Assembly: GCA_977017575.1 (NCBI GenBank)
Contig: CDRNVI010000012.1
Span: 310,001 to 374,000 of the forward strand
DNA length: 64,000 nt
Origin: Paramoeba atlantica
Taxonomy: Eukaryota > Protista > Discosea
Reading direction: 5' to 3'
Shown: positions 1 through 10,824 of the stretch, one piece after another
Layout of the letters: every line of letters begins with the position of its first letter
How positions within the stretch are numbered: the first letter of the stretch is position 1
Notes under the pieces: generated by a model
The model's input: the letters and a program-made list of their open reading frames with translations, nothing else
Told to the model about the DNA's origin: nothing
Database searches by the model: none
Translations under genes and position numbers: made by a program

Positions 1-414
1 GTTTAAGTTCACCGGCCAGTGGACCAGGTAAAGATCCAGGTAGTCGAGTTGGAGCTGGGCAAGGGTGTGGTCGAGTTGGGTGGGGATCGCCTCAGGGGGG
101 TGGGTGTGGGTGACCCAGAGTTTGGAGGTAATGAAGAGGTCGTGTCGGGCGATGGCCCCGGAGCGGAGGAGTTGGGAGAGGGCGCGACCGACGGCGGGTT
201 GGTTGTGGTAGATGGAGGCGCAGTCCAGGTGGCGGTAACCCGCGGCGATGGCGCAGCACACGGCGTCGTGGACCTCGGACTCGGTGGCTTTCCAGGTCCC
301 GAGGCCGAGCGCCGGGATGGTGGCGCCGGTGTTCAGACGAAAGGAGGGAAGGGGTGGTGGCGCACGGTGTGGATGCGTTGCACGCAGTCGGTGACAAGGA
401 GAGATGCGCAACAT
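1..414 (-). CDS. Aldo-keto reductase, N-terminal part (runs off the window edge; absent from the ORF track)
   Basis: Manual minus-strand translation from ATG at 414 gives MLRISPCHRLRA...RLNTGATIPALGLGTWK...GYRHLDCASIY...LFITSKLW...LDYLDLYLVHWP, with the AKR catalytic D, Y, K and H motifs. Confidence 0.9.
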   Translation of the reverse strand, partial: MLRISPCHRLRATHPHRAPPPLPSFRLNTGATIPALGLGTWKATESEVHDAVCCAIAAGYRHLDCASIYHNQPAVGRALSQLLRSGAIARHDLFITSKLWVTHTHPPEAIPTQLDHTLAQLQLDYLDLYLVHWPVNLN

Positions 415-1046
415 TCCGAACGGAAGAGGGATAGAGGGATAAACGGCTAGTAAAAAAGAAGATCAATCTTATTCAGCTAATAAATATAAATATAAATTTT
501 ATAACCTAAACGAATGTGAATAATAGAAATTGTTCATTGGTTGCAGAAGACAATACACTTGCATGAATTTTAGGTGAGGATGAAAGAAGGAAGTTAGATA
601 ACACAGGTAGATCTTCGGATGAGTGCAATACCAGCATGTTATTACCCTAGCAAGGGCATTTAGTGTTTTTTGTCAGCACCTTTGTTCACACAGTACGTAT
701 CTCAACACCTACACCAATAGAGAGGTACACCAAGAACATCTCATCTCAAGCTTTCTGACATTTTCTACCAGCATTCTATCGAAAACTTGAACGAAGAACC
801 TTTTAACTAGAAAATGTACGTGTAGTTGAAAACTTTTTCGTGTTTTCTTGGCATTCCCATTGGCAAGCTCCTGGCCTTCTTTTTCATCAATTCGTAATGA
901 ACCCTCAGAGTCCCATCGCATGAGTCTCCTCAGATGTAGCCTCCTCAGATGAATGGATTAAATTTTACGCTATACACAAGATATACACTACAAACATACT
1001 GTGTAGTCTCCGTACAAAAATTTGTGCTTCGCTTGTTTGTGTACGA

Positions 1047-3701
1047 TTAATGTGACGAAAATTTGGGAAGCTCCTGTTCAAAAGAAATGGTCTTGAGAGA
1101 GCTTCGAATTGTACATTTATCAGAATCTGAGAGTTGGCCTCGACGCTCCTTCAGCACAGCACAAATTGAGCGAAGGGGACTGCACCAGGTATCATAATCT
1201 GAAAGAGCGGAGTAAGATGCAATGCGCGAAAGCAACAAAACGAGTTCGGAATTGCTCAGGTGTTTCGCTTTACGACTGGCAGATTGCAGCAAAATGAACA
1301 AAATACTCGGTTTTAAAGGAGTGTCAAGATTCAACAAGTCAAGCTGAGAGGTGAATGGCACGGAATCAATAGGAAATTCCGTTGCGGATGATTCTTTACT
1401 GCCCGGCACCTTACTTCCAAGTGTATGAAGAATAATATTCTGATGAGTGGTGCCCCAAGAAGAGCTATCAATACAGGCCAGGTTAGTAAAGAAAACGACC
1501 AATGCCGAACCGGTCGCACGTGCATAGAGATTACGAGCCTGTTTATAGAGCTTCTCAAAAAGTTGGATATCCTTGCTATGGAATTGTCGAAGAGCTTTTA
1601 TGAGGTTAGCTAATTCGCGGGCTCGCATTGAAAAACTTAGCAACAGCATTCGTTTCTCAACTGCGACAAGAATTTTAGCTGGAGCCCGAATACTTAAATG
1701 CTCAAAGCCATGTGCGACAGCATTGAGGTCGTGCGCGCTTGCGTTAGCGATATTACCTACTGTTAAATGTCGTGTTATAACTGCGCGCATTTCTGGAGGA
1801 GTCGTGTCATACTTTACGAAAACGCTCAACACTACCCCAGCGACGCGAACACTGGTATCGTTAACCGGCCTGGTTGCGAGACTACGAAGTAGGTGTGCAA
1901 TCACAGGATGCTTCAAGAAGCCGAACTCAACTGCCGCGCTCAACAAGCAGCAACCCTCTCTAGAACTAAAAAGGGTGAATTCCATAGCTCTGTCAAATGC
2001 GCGCTGCAAAACAGCGCTCTCCGTGCTCTCCGAACATCGGAGGGCACTGAGATACAAAGATAATTCTCGTACATTGAATTGCTTTACGTGCGGGTCAAGG
2101 GTGTAAAATGCAACTTCTAGGGATTCCGAAGCAAAATTCAGTGTGTTCATACAGCTTAGTATATCACACCATTGCCTAATATTTTTCATGTCCGTTCGTT
2201 CCACGGAAGATGCGTGTCGTAACGCTTTCATTATTTCTGATTGCACGGTAGGGGAAAGAGTAAATTTATGTATGACTGCAATTTTTAGCAATGTATGCAA
2301 TTGACCGCGCGTGAGCGCTCGACTTACACAGCTTTCCAATCCCCTCTTAACAGTATCCACCACCTTGTTAGAAAATGAACCGTGGTTCCATGTCAAACTT
2401 GCTCCTGCAATTTTCATAATGTGTTCTGTTGTAGCGAATCCTTCAATCGCCAACTTTTCAAAATGGGACAAAACGTCATCAAAGTTTTTGGGAGCAAAGT
2501 CACCCATCAAGATTAAAGTAATAAAATTGACGCATTGTTCTGCCTGAAATTCGTTCGACAATTTCTTATTAACTGGAGATGCCGCTAGATAAAGTTTGTT
2601 ATAGGCGATTTTGTTATGTGTCACAGTTTTGTGAAGGAGCTTTAAACCTCGAAGAGCTGAAGTAGGATCCAGCTGATCAGCATTCCGAACGCACCATTGC
2701 AAAAGTTTTGGGGCAAGAGCGGAAACTTGTTCTTTATCAGTGTGCATTTCACAAACACCCAAAAGAACCTCAATTCCTGACGATGACATTTCATTTATGG
2801 AGTCAGTATGTTCCAAAAACGTTTCTATGATCGGTTGTACTAAGAAGCGTTTATGCGCAAATTCAAAGTACAGCGCAATCTCCAAGACTTGCATACCCTC
2901 GATTTCGTCTAGTTGTTTCAAAGGTAGATTGTTCATGGACCTGAAACAGAGAATTCGCGACGACTGATGATACTGTAGATTCCATTTTCGGAGAGTTGAA
3001 AGTAACTGAAGAAGTTTTTGGCGACCTACCTTCCAAAAAGGCGTTTTCCAACACTCTTTTTCGACGAGTTCTACAATGCTTTTAATTGGTGGATAAAATC
3101 TTTCGTACTCAACATTTAATTGCAAAGCGAGTTTTGAGGACAGATACAGGGCGTATATCAGTTGATCTACAGTAAAGGAACTAGCTCCCGCTGCAATTGT
3201 ATCCAATACCCTGCGAAAACTTTCTGGTCTCCATTTTATTTCCAAGCGTTCCAAAAGTACAAGACTGAAATAACAATCCCTGTTGTTGAGCATTCCAATA
3301 TGCTCCTCCAGGAAGTCAAGAGCGCTATGAAACAATTTATGTGACCTTGAACCTAGTTTATATAGTTCAAACAACGATAATCGAACCGACGTCGGACTTA
3401 ATTGAGTATAACGTTCTCTAAACGTTGCTTCAAGAATTGACAAAAGTTCTGAGTCGTATATATTTAAACGAAAACAACTATTAATGATGCCAACCAACTG
3501 ATTGCAGTTGCATTCGGGAACAGCACGCGTTAAGCGTGGAACCATAAGCACCGTTGTCTTATCCAGTTCATCCTTTACTTGTAGGTCAACTTTTTGCTTT
3601 AAATCAGCAAGACTAACAATCAATGTCACACAAGAAATTGCGTTAAACTCAATTTCTGCACGTCGACACCTGCGCAGCAAATTGTATAGCGGATGCACCA
3701 T
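1047..3701 (-). CDS. 884-aa alpha-helical repeat protein (FASTK/HPR/OPR-like), probably mitochondrial RNA-binding
   Basis: Long ORF with degenerate helix-pair repeats (e.g. MRARELANLIKALRQFHSKDIQLFEKL) and an Arg-rich N-terminus (LLRRCRRA). Confidence 0.7.
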   Translation of the reverse strand: MVHPLYNLLRRCRRAEIEFNAISCVTLIVSLADLKQKVDLQVKDELDKTTVLMVPRLTRAVPECNCNQLVGIINSCFRLNIYDSELLSILEATFRERYTQLSPTSVRLSLFELYKLGSRSHKLFHSALDFLEEHIGMLNNRDCYFSLVLLERLEIKWRPESFRRVLDTIAAGASSFTVDQLIYALYLSSKLALQLNVEYERFYPPIKSIVELVEKECWKTPFWKVGRQKLLQLLSTLRKWNLQYHQSSRILCFRSMNNLPLKQLDEIEGMQVLEIALYFEFAHKRFLVQPIIETFLEHTDSINEMSSSGIEVLLGVCEMHTDKEQVSALAPKLLQWCVRNADQLDPTSALRGLKLLHKTVTHNKIAYNKLYLAASPVNKKLSNEFQAEQCVNFITLILMGDFAPKNFDDVLSHFEKLAIEGFATTEHIMKIAGASLTWNHGSFSNKVVDTVKRGLESCVSRALTRGQLHTLLKIAVIHKFTLSPTVQSEIMKALRHASSVERTDMKNIRQWCDILSCMNTLNFASESLEVAFYTLDPHVKQFNVRELSLYLSALRCSESTESAVLQRAFDRAMEFTLFSSREGCCLLSAAVEFGFLKHPVIAHLLRSLATRPVNDTSVRVAGVVLSVFVKYDTTPPEMRAVITRHLTVGNIANASAHDLNAVAHGFEHLSIRAPAKILVAVEKRMLLLSFSMRARELANLIKALRQFHSKDIQLFEKLYKQARNLYARATGSALVVFFTNLACIDSSSWGTTHQNIILHTLGSKVPGSKESSATEFPIDSVPFTSQLDLLNLDTPLKPSILFILLQSASRKAKHLSNSELVLLLSRIASYSALSDYDTWCSPLRSICAVLKERRGQLSDSDKCTIRSSLKTISFEQELPKFSSH

Positions 3702-4164
3702 TTAAAGTTTAAGAGCCGAATTTCAGTGACGGAAGCAGAATGCCTGATAGCATATCTTACTAAAGTCTAATAGCTTATCGTACTAAAGCTTAAAGTTTTG
3801 GTTCGTTTTACCACAGAACAATATTTAATAGTATTGGATCTGGAATGTGCTTTCAAATTTATACAACAAAAGTTACGTAACGTACGCTTTGCTAATTTGT
3901 CGATGTAAATTGTAGGTGCCTATTAAAGTTTAGGTGCTCCTTAAATATTGCTATATGTCCAGTTTCTGAGATGACTGTCCATTTCACTGTAACTTTGCCT
4001 CGTCAGTCACCCAACTTTATTATTCGTCTCGTTTGCGTTGTAAAATGGAAACAGAATACAGGATCATTTTGTATCTGTTAATCAACTTAAAAGCAAAAAT
4101 ATTTCGCATTGGAACTTACATGTATGTTATAAAAAAAGAACAATAAGGAATAGAGATCGCTACG

Positions 4165-4407
4165 TCAAGTCGAGTACAAACTAGAAAAGGCCACAATAGG
4201 AACAGCAAATCCGGCTGAATACAAAAAATATGAGTTCTCCTTCCAGATACACATGTGTAGCTTTTCCCTGCTCAGCAAGCAATTAGAATGCGCGTAAAAT
4301 TTTGTTCCCGGCTCAAGGGAAATTCTTTCAATTTTATTCACTACATTCGTATATGGTTTATATCCGGAAAGAGACTTGTGGCTTAAAAGGCGTCGAGTTA
4401 AATTCAT
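4165..4407 (-). CDS. Small (80 aa) putative mitochondrial single-pass membrane protein
   Basis: ATG at 4407 gives MNLTRRLLSHK (presequence-like) and a hydrophobic C-terminus (YFLYSAGFAVPIVAFSSLYST). On the cluster strand. Confidence 0.5.
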   Translation of the reverse strand: MNLTRRLLSHKSLSGYKPYTNVVNKIERISLEPGTKFYAHSNCLLSREKLHMCIWKENSYFLYSAGFAVPIVAFSSLYST

Positions 4408-4832
4408 TTTGCAAGTGAATAATGGCTGGTCAAAGCAAAATACATCCAAAAAAAGATGCAACGTATATTAGGGTGCAGGTAAAGAGGTACTTACGGTAGA
4501 ATTATTCTAGCTTTTTCTATTCGAAAGTCTAGGTCTCTTTAAAACGATATTGACGACGAATGTGCTATATTATATACAAGTTGTATTCAATAAACTTATG
4601 TGCAGCCAGATTTATGCATAATTATCCAATACACGTGGCGAGAAGCAACATGTACACCCTTTACAAGTCTTGTATTTCGTACGATTTTGGAAATTAACCA
4701 AAACAATATTTAACGTCGTTTAATAATCGTATAAAATCGTGTGATACACGGATGCGATGTACATTTATCGTGAGTTCCACACGATCGACGCGAACGTACA
4801 GGAGGCGTGCGGAACAAACTGCTAAAAAAATA

Positions 4833-7568
4833 TTACGCCGTGTACATAGTTTGCGCATTCCCAGTAATGGCTAACTTGCTTATCTCCGCTTTTGCGTGTA
4901 CTAACTCTGCCAATTCATCATCAGATGTTTTTAGGTTGTGTTTCACTTGTGGACGGTTCTGCATATAGGAATCTATGACACTTAAGCATGCCTCACGTAC
5001 CTTTTCCTCAGAATCAGGTTGATCTCTTATGTAAGAAATTCCATTAGCAATTACCTGCTTAATCCCTGACACGGTAAGGTCTCTGACTTTTCCCAATTGT
5101 CGTACAGACCTCAAGAATATTGCTTCTAGAAAAGAGGAAAAATTTTCTTTGTATAGAGTGAGGCTGTGTTGTGCTACGTATCGTATAAGAAACAATAGCT
5201 CACGTTGGCTTTTCAAACTCTCGCAATTCATTTCCAGGCTACGCCAAATTATTTTTTGAAGATTTGAGCACACCATATTTAGCTCCATTGTATCCCCAAG
5301 GAGACTTACGCACTCCTCGGCATTTAAGCTTCGGGCAATTTTTTTCATAAGTTCTTTGGCAATAACATTGTTTAATTCCGAATCATAACCCTTCGCGTAG
5401 CTCAGAGTGTTACACAATGTGTGTAGCGCTCTCACAAGTTCAACCACAGTAAAACTATGCAAATACGCCTTTAAGAACTTGATAATTAGCTGCGAAATAT
5501 TGAGTGAGAGTTTACATTCTAGTGTATCTCCCAGCAAAGTTATGAAGCGAGCAATGTGGGGTAGCCCAATTCGATTGATAGCGGTCTTCCGACAGGTCAA
5601 AAGCTCCTCTAAAAAACATTCCAAACCAGAATTAGATTTCAAAGTAAGGTTGCCCTCCTTAAAAGCATTAAGCGCATACATGACGCATTCTACATCTTGT
5701 CTAGAGAAGCTGTTCGATTTAGCCAATAGTGTCATTTCCGAAAGTAACTGTTCCCACAACGCATTAAATATTTTGGAGTGGTACAAATGAAGTCTATTCG
5801 CTGCTCGAAAGACGCAAGCAATCTTTCGCGGACTTTTCCACGGTTCTTTTGATTTCACTAAATCCTTTAAAACACTGTAGCACAACTCTATATGTTCCAC
5901 ATCGTCAACTGCAGCCAGGGAGTTGAAAAGACGAACTAACGTTTTACGACGTTTCGGTACTCGTGTGTATACGTTGGCTAATTTGTAAATTAAACGCTTC
6001 GTTACATCATCCGTTGGCGCTATTTGGCTGTATGAGGAGATGAGGTCCACCAGAGTCACAGCAGAGAATTGAGCCAACATAGAATACACCTCGTCTCGGA
6101 CCAAATGAAAAACGCCTTGATCGCTAACTTCCATTGTAGCATAAAAACACATGATGTTGCGAAGAAGGTTCTGCTTTAACGCATACTGTAATTCATTGTC
6201 CTTCCGAAGAAACGAAGTCGCGTGTCTCACCAGAACGGGACCCATCTTCCTTATTTCCGAAACGGAAGGATAGGGGAGCAAAGAAAACAGAAGATGAACG
6301 GTGTGCTCTACTGGTAAAAGATCGACTTTAGTTTCCAACAAGGTTGCAAAGCGGCCGACAAGTTTGTTGTCCAAACACTGAACACTGCTAAGAATGTCAA
6401 TAACTTGGCATATTTTTTCAGGTTTGTACGATTCGCTATGCTGAGATAAACGAGATCGTAGAGATAAGTAAAACTCGGCTGAGAAACGGGATGCGGCATT
6501 CCGAGCTTTTGACAAAGTTGATACGATTTGTAAAGCATCTTGAGGAGATCCACTAGACTCATGTGTAGCTATTCGATCTGCTAGTGCAAGAGCATCTGGA
6601 GTTACACCGTTTGAACAGTTAAATGTCATCTCAAGAAAAAACAGTTGCGAGGTTTCTCGGAACGTTCTTGTAATGTTTCGTTCAATTATTCTGCGTAGTA
6701 GATCGTGAAGCAAAACAAACACATCTGCGTCAGACCACACTGATATGGGAACCCACAACAGACATGCTAGGATTTCGGAATCCTTGATAATGCTCTGTTG
6801 TCGTTGCATTTGTTGTAGCCAAGACGCCCAATGCTCTGTAAACACTGAGGTTTGATAAGTGTGTAGAATGAAACCCATTTGAATACATTCTTTCACGTTA
6901 ACATTTTCCCAAAGCATACCCCCGTGGAGAAAATAACCTAGAATATGCCTCACTTTGGGGTTCTCGTCGCCGTGACCAAGCTTCGCGAAGGAGTATAACA
7001 ACGTCAACTTAGCTTGATTGTCCATTTCGTCATGAAATTCTACAAAAATAGAATTGCTGAAATTCTGAAGCTTCGCTTGGTTAATTGGAGGCTCGATGGA
7101 GCATAAAAAACGAAGTATCTCTGCGTACCGCCTACCATCAGGCGAATCAAGGCTTTCAATTTCAGAGAGAGTAAGTTTCCGTTCGTGAAGGAGCTCATTC
7201 GCACGTCGGGCAAGCTGCATGACTATTTCCCGCGTGCCTTCATAGTGTCGGAAGTGATGAATAGTACTGAGAACATTATGAACCTCTGTCACCTGAAATT
7301 TTTCTAGAGCAGAAGGCACGCATGACAAGAGAAGGTTCAACAGCTCTGGAGTGTACTGGTTCGTAAGGCGCACTGATTGAAAGAGCGAGAGCGCATGCGA
7401 AGGCCGAGGCGGATTCTGCAAATAGCTGTCACATGCAGCCCGCTCAATCTCTCTGTTCATCTCGTGCAGGGATAGAGCTGCGTGAAGAATGTCGTTCATG
7501 TCATCGCCTTTCGCAAATGGTGCCCTTGCGGCACGTTTGAAAAGGTGCGACAAGCATGCCGCTACCAT
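4833..7568 (-). CDS. 911-aa alpha-helical repeat protein (FASTK/HPR/OPR-like)
   Basis: Repeats such as FQVTEVHNVLSTIHHF, FSAVTLVDLISSYSQI and FSRQDVECVMYALNAF. Presequence-like N-terminus (LFKRAARA). Confidence 0.7.
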   Translation of the reverse strand: MVAACLSHLFKRAARAPFAKGDDMNDILHAALSLHEMNREIERAACDSYLQNPPRPSHALSLFQSVRLTNQYTPELLNLLLSCVPSALEKFQVTEVHNVLSTIHHFRHYEGTREIVMQLARRANELLHERKLTLSEIESLDSPDGRRYAEILRFLCSIEPPINQAKLQNFSNSIFVEFHDEMDNQAKLTLLYSFAKLGHGDENPKVRHILGYFLHGGMLWENVNVKECIQMGFILHTYQTSVFTEHWASWLQQMQRQQSIIKDSEILACLLWVPISVWSDADVFVLLHDLLRRIIERNITRTFRETSQLFFLEMTFNCSNGVTPDALALADRIATHESSGSPQDALQIVSTLSKARNAASRFSAEFYLSLRSRLSQHSESYKPEKICQVIDILSSVQCLDNKLVGRFATLLETKVDLLPVEHTVHLLFSLLPYPSVSEIRKMGPVLVRHATSFLRKDNELQYALKQNLLRNIMCFYATMEVSDQGVFHLVRDEVYSMLAQFSAVTLVDLISSYSQIAPTDDVTKRLIYKLANVYTRVPKRRKTLVRLFNSLAAVDDVEHIELCYSVLKDLVKSKEPWKSPRKIACVFRAANRLHLYHSKIFNALWEQLLSEMTLLAKSNSFSRQDVECVMYALNAFKEGNLTLKSNSGLECFLEELLTCRKTAINRIGLPHIARFITLLGDTLECKLSLNISQLIIKFLKAYLHSFTVVELVRALHTLCNTLSYAKGYDSELNNVIAKELMKKIARSLNAEECVSLLGDTMELNMVCSNLQKIIWRSLEMNCESLKSQRELLFLIRYVAQHSLTLYKENFSSFLEAIFLRSVRQLGKVRDLTVSGIKQVIANGISYIRDQPDSEEKVREACLSVIDSYMQNRPQVKHNLKTSDDELAELVHAKAEISKLAITGNAQTMYTA

Positions 7569-7662
7569 TTACTAAACGATAAAAGGTCGCAAAAATATGA
7601 CAAAATGGAATTTAAAAAAGTGTCGACGCTATAACCCTACGGATGTACTTGAAGCACCATAC

Positions 7663-7762
7663 ACCCCCCAGTAACAGGCCCCCTCAGCAACATTTTATTA
7701 AATTTAATATTTAATATTAAATAATAATTAATATTTAATATTAATTTACATTACTGGGGGGT
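7663..7762. mobile_element. 100-bp AT-rich MITE-like element with ACCC termini
   Basis: Perfect 12-bp TIR ACCCCCCAGTAA / TTACTGGGGGGT, flanks ATAC / ATAG, and a mostly AT-rich interior. Confidence 0.5.
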
Positions 7763-7886
7763 ATAGGGTAGTATGAGAAGCAACAATAAAGTCCAATAAA
7801 GTTGAGAGTTAACAGCTAAACCCCACTTCGAGACTTTAACAGTAGATCCAGCGATCCGCTTGTTTTGAAATTTGTACGCTCTTCAA

Positions 7887-10541
7887 TTAAATCTTACCTG
7901 CTTTGCGAAGTTGTGAAACTAAGGCTTTTGCACTTTCCTTCTCTGGGGGTAATAAGCAGTGACGTCGCATGTGAAGCTCATTGATAAGCTCTTGTAAAAC
8001 GATTCCTGGTACATCACCTAAGTTAATATTGTAACAGTCATGTAAAATTTGTAAAATATCGGACACGTGCACGGTGCTCACAGGAAACATGTGAAGCTTT
8101 CGCACAATGCTGTGGAACACTCGATGGGGGTCGTTGAGTACCCTCCACTCTAATAATGTAGAGTAGGAAGCTAGCATAAAAAACGTCATGCGTCCCGTAG
8201 ATTCGTTTTGCTCAAGTCTATGGCACACCACCTCAACAAGTTTTGCAATGAGAGACCCCTGCGGCATGTTGGCAAGTGTCATTGAATATAAAAAAGTAGA
8301 ACCACACAGCGTGTTAAGTGAATCAGCAGACAGCGCAACATTTCTAAAAATGGCGCGCAGTTCTGCGGAAAAGCCTCCCAGTTTTGCCATTGTTAAGGAA
8401 ATTAGAGCTAAATCTTGTGCGTCACGTTCCTTGTACGCACAATTCTTTAGAAGTATGCGTGTCGCTTCACGAAGGTACTGAATGGAAAGCTCTGTTTCGT
8501 AGTTTGCCGTAGGCTTGGAGGAAAATTTGGGAGAGTCTCTTCCATGAGCTTCGGAGAGCGACGTGTGGGTGTAGCGCACTAAATTGGCTATTGCAATCAC
8601 AGCTCGCGCATTCTGTGATGCAGTTAGCATGCCTGAGCATTGTACTACCCGTTCCACTAGATTCCGTACGATTTCGGCAGGTACTAAAGCAAATGGGTAT
8701 CGAGCTACAGAAAGCAAAACGCTTGCTACTGTGCGGTGCTCCGTGGGTCCCACAAGATAGGTATCTGCGAGGGAGAGAAAAGCCTCTCGATAGTTGATAT
8801 GAAGCCGTAGCATTGCGTTGAGCGCTGCAGCGCAATCCATAGGCCCCGGTCGCTTCTCGCTAAGTTCTTTTACCAGTTTACTTGCGAGCTCGTGATTGAC
8901 AATATCCGCGCGGGCTGCGGATACCAGTGCCGTGAGAACTCGACCTGTGTCCGCTGCGGAGAGTCTCTCTTTTTGCATGTCGAGCGCGGAGAATAAAACT
9001 TGCCATGCGGCTTCTCTAGGCGGGAGACCGATTTCCGTAAAGGCCAAAAAGATACCCGTAAGAGCGGGAGCCGACAGCTGGAAAGGGTTGTTCTCGAATA
9101 CGGGACACAGTGCGACCAACAGATGACGTGCGGTATTATCAAAAATTTTAATAAACCTGACGAAAGTGAAGAAGTCTTGAACGTTGACTGTGCGCAGAAG
9201 AGAAAATGATTTTTCCGCGTCTGCAAGGAGCTCTTGCATGCGAGCTATGGCGATTTTAGCCAAAGCTGGAGTTTTTGGGTGTGACATGTACTTAATAAGG
9301 GCCAAACAATATCGGGCAAGATCGGAAAACGAAGAAAGAGAGATTACGTCTCCTAAGTTGTCAGATAATATTCCAAATGTCGCTTCATCCTTAACACCTA
9401 CGGCAGTAACTGCTTCAAGGGTGCTCTCAATATCTTGCGAAGTAATCACTTCTTCCGTTCCGCGACGTATTTTTTGCCACATATCTCTTGTGAGAGTACG
9501 ATTCCCCACATAATTTCGCGTAAAAGGGTTTAAAATAAAAATAACTTTCGGAAGCGAAAGGTCAGGATCGGAACGAATACGACTCAAGAGCATGCGGTCG
9601 ACAGCTTCGTCGCTCACGCCCAAAGCAATAGCGGAGGCAAGGGTTGTGATACAATCTGAGACTTCCCAAACTTCGCTCTCCATCTCTAGCAACTTGAGGT
9701 ACAAATTATTCATTACCGCAACGTCAATGCGTAGTCGAGCCCCGCAAAACATCGCCTCCACTATACAAACGAAAGGAAGTTTCTTGTACTTACGAATGAC
9801 CTCAACGGACATCAAGTAAAACTTATGCTGCAATTCAGGTTCGGAGCTTGCAAATGGGATGGCGCGCAACACGATGAGTAAACCTTTGCTTCGGAGTTTA
9901 CTAAACATGGCGCTGGCAGAAGCAAGTTCTTGAAACGCTTGGACGAAATGATCACTTGTTGTGCAGCGTGTTTCGGTCAAGGCCCGAATCTGACGTAGCA
10001 TGAGACCGAAATCGTTCGGTACGGGGCGCAAAGGCCATAATGCGTCGACGACCTGCGCAGCCCATGGTGTCGCTCTTATAGGCTTAATTTTCCCCAAATA
10101 TGTAAGAATTTTCTCTATATCAGAGGGCGAAAACAGTGCGACACTGGTGATCACATGTCGCAGAGTTTGTTCATATACGGTGCTAGAAACAAAACCAGGA
10201 AGGTGGACAAACGCGTACAGGAGATTGAGAAGTTCCTTCGTATCGATACAAGGGAACAATGCGAGCTCTGATTCAACCCTGTGTTGAATATTTTGAAGCA
10301 GGACACTATGAGTGGCATACATGTTAGCACATGCAACGAGAACATTAACACAATCGGAGCATGTAAAAGGCGGATGTTTCAGCAGAGCACTTTCCACCCT
10401 CCGGGATTCTGCAATGGATATTTCTTCCATTTGAGCCAAGTCACAGAAGGCAGAGCGCAGGTGTTGCAGCGTTAAAACGTTAGGTTGTAGTGCCTGACGG
10501 CGCAGCATTAGAAAAACCGCGGCGCCGCACCGCTGTGACAT
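7887..10541 (-). CDS. 884-aa alpha-helical repeat protein (FASTK/HPR/OPR-like)
   Basis: Repeats such as IDTKELLNLLYAFVHLP, FSPSDIEKILTYLGKIK and LSAADTGRVLTALVSAA. Presequence-like N-terminus (LMLRRQAL). Confidence 0.7.
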   Translation of the reverse strand: MSQRCGAAVFLMLRRQALQPNVLTLQHLRSAFCDLAQMEEISIAESRRVESALLKHPPFTCSDCVNVLVACANMYATHSVLLQNIQHRVESELALFPCIDTKELLNLLYAFVHLPGFVSSTVYEQTLRHVITSVALFSPSDIEKILTYLGKIKPIRATPWAAQVVDALWPLRPVPNDFGLMLRQIRALTETRCTTSDHFVQAFQELASASAMFSKLRSKGLLIVLRAIPFASSEPELQHKFYLMSVEVIRKYKKLPFVCIVEAMFCGARLRIDVAVMNNLYLKLLEMESEVWEVSDCITTLASAIALGVSDEAVDRMLLSRIRSDPDLSLPKVIFILNPFTRNYVGNRTLTRDMWQKIRRGTEEVITSQDIESTLEAVTAVGVKDEATFGILSDNLGDVISLSSFSDLARYCLALIKYMSHPKTPALAKIAIARMQELLADAEKSFSLLRTVNVQDFFTFVRFIKIFDNTARHLLVALCPVFENNPFQLSAPALTGIFLAFTEIGLPPREAAWQVLFSALDMQKERLSAADTGRVLTALVSAARADIVNHELASKLVKELSEKRPGPMDCAAALNAMLRLHINYREAFLSLADTYLVGPTEHRTVASVLLSVARYPFALVPAEIVRNLVERVVQCSGMLTASQNARAVIAIANLVRYTHTSLSEAHGRDSPKFSSKPTANYETELSIQYLREATRILLKNCAYKERDAQDLALISLTMAKLGGFSAELRAIFRNVALSADSLNTLCGSTFLYSMTLANMPQGSLIAKLVEVVCHRLEQNESTGRMTFFMLASYSTLLEWRVLNDPHRVFHSIVRKLHMFPVSTVHVSDILQILHDCYNINLGDVPGIVLQELINELHMRRHCLLPPEKESAKALVSQLRKAGKI

Positions 10542-10824
10542 GAAAAAGACACTTAACTAATATCTATAATATAAAAGAAGAGTATTCTGCGTGATGTACA
10601 ATGTATAGGTGTATTTTAAAGGTATTTGCTCTTGTCATAGGAATCTTTTGATATTACGTTGTACCATGTTTTAGCATAGTTACGTACAGTTCATCGCAAA
10701 AACATTGTACTGCTTACTTAACCATTTCACTTTGATCGCACAAAACTGTGTGAATAGACGACAGTACCAAATTTTACACGTTTTTCGCTTTCTTTCGCAC
10801 TTCCGCTTGCCTCCTTGCTTCTTT

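Noticed and set aside
19-450. 143-aa + strand ORF
   Set aside because: It is the in-register antisense shadow of the minus-strand aldo-keto reductase.
709-921. 70-aa minus-strand ORF
   Set aside because: On the cluster strand but short and with no recognisable motif, so support is insufficient.
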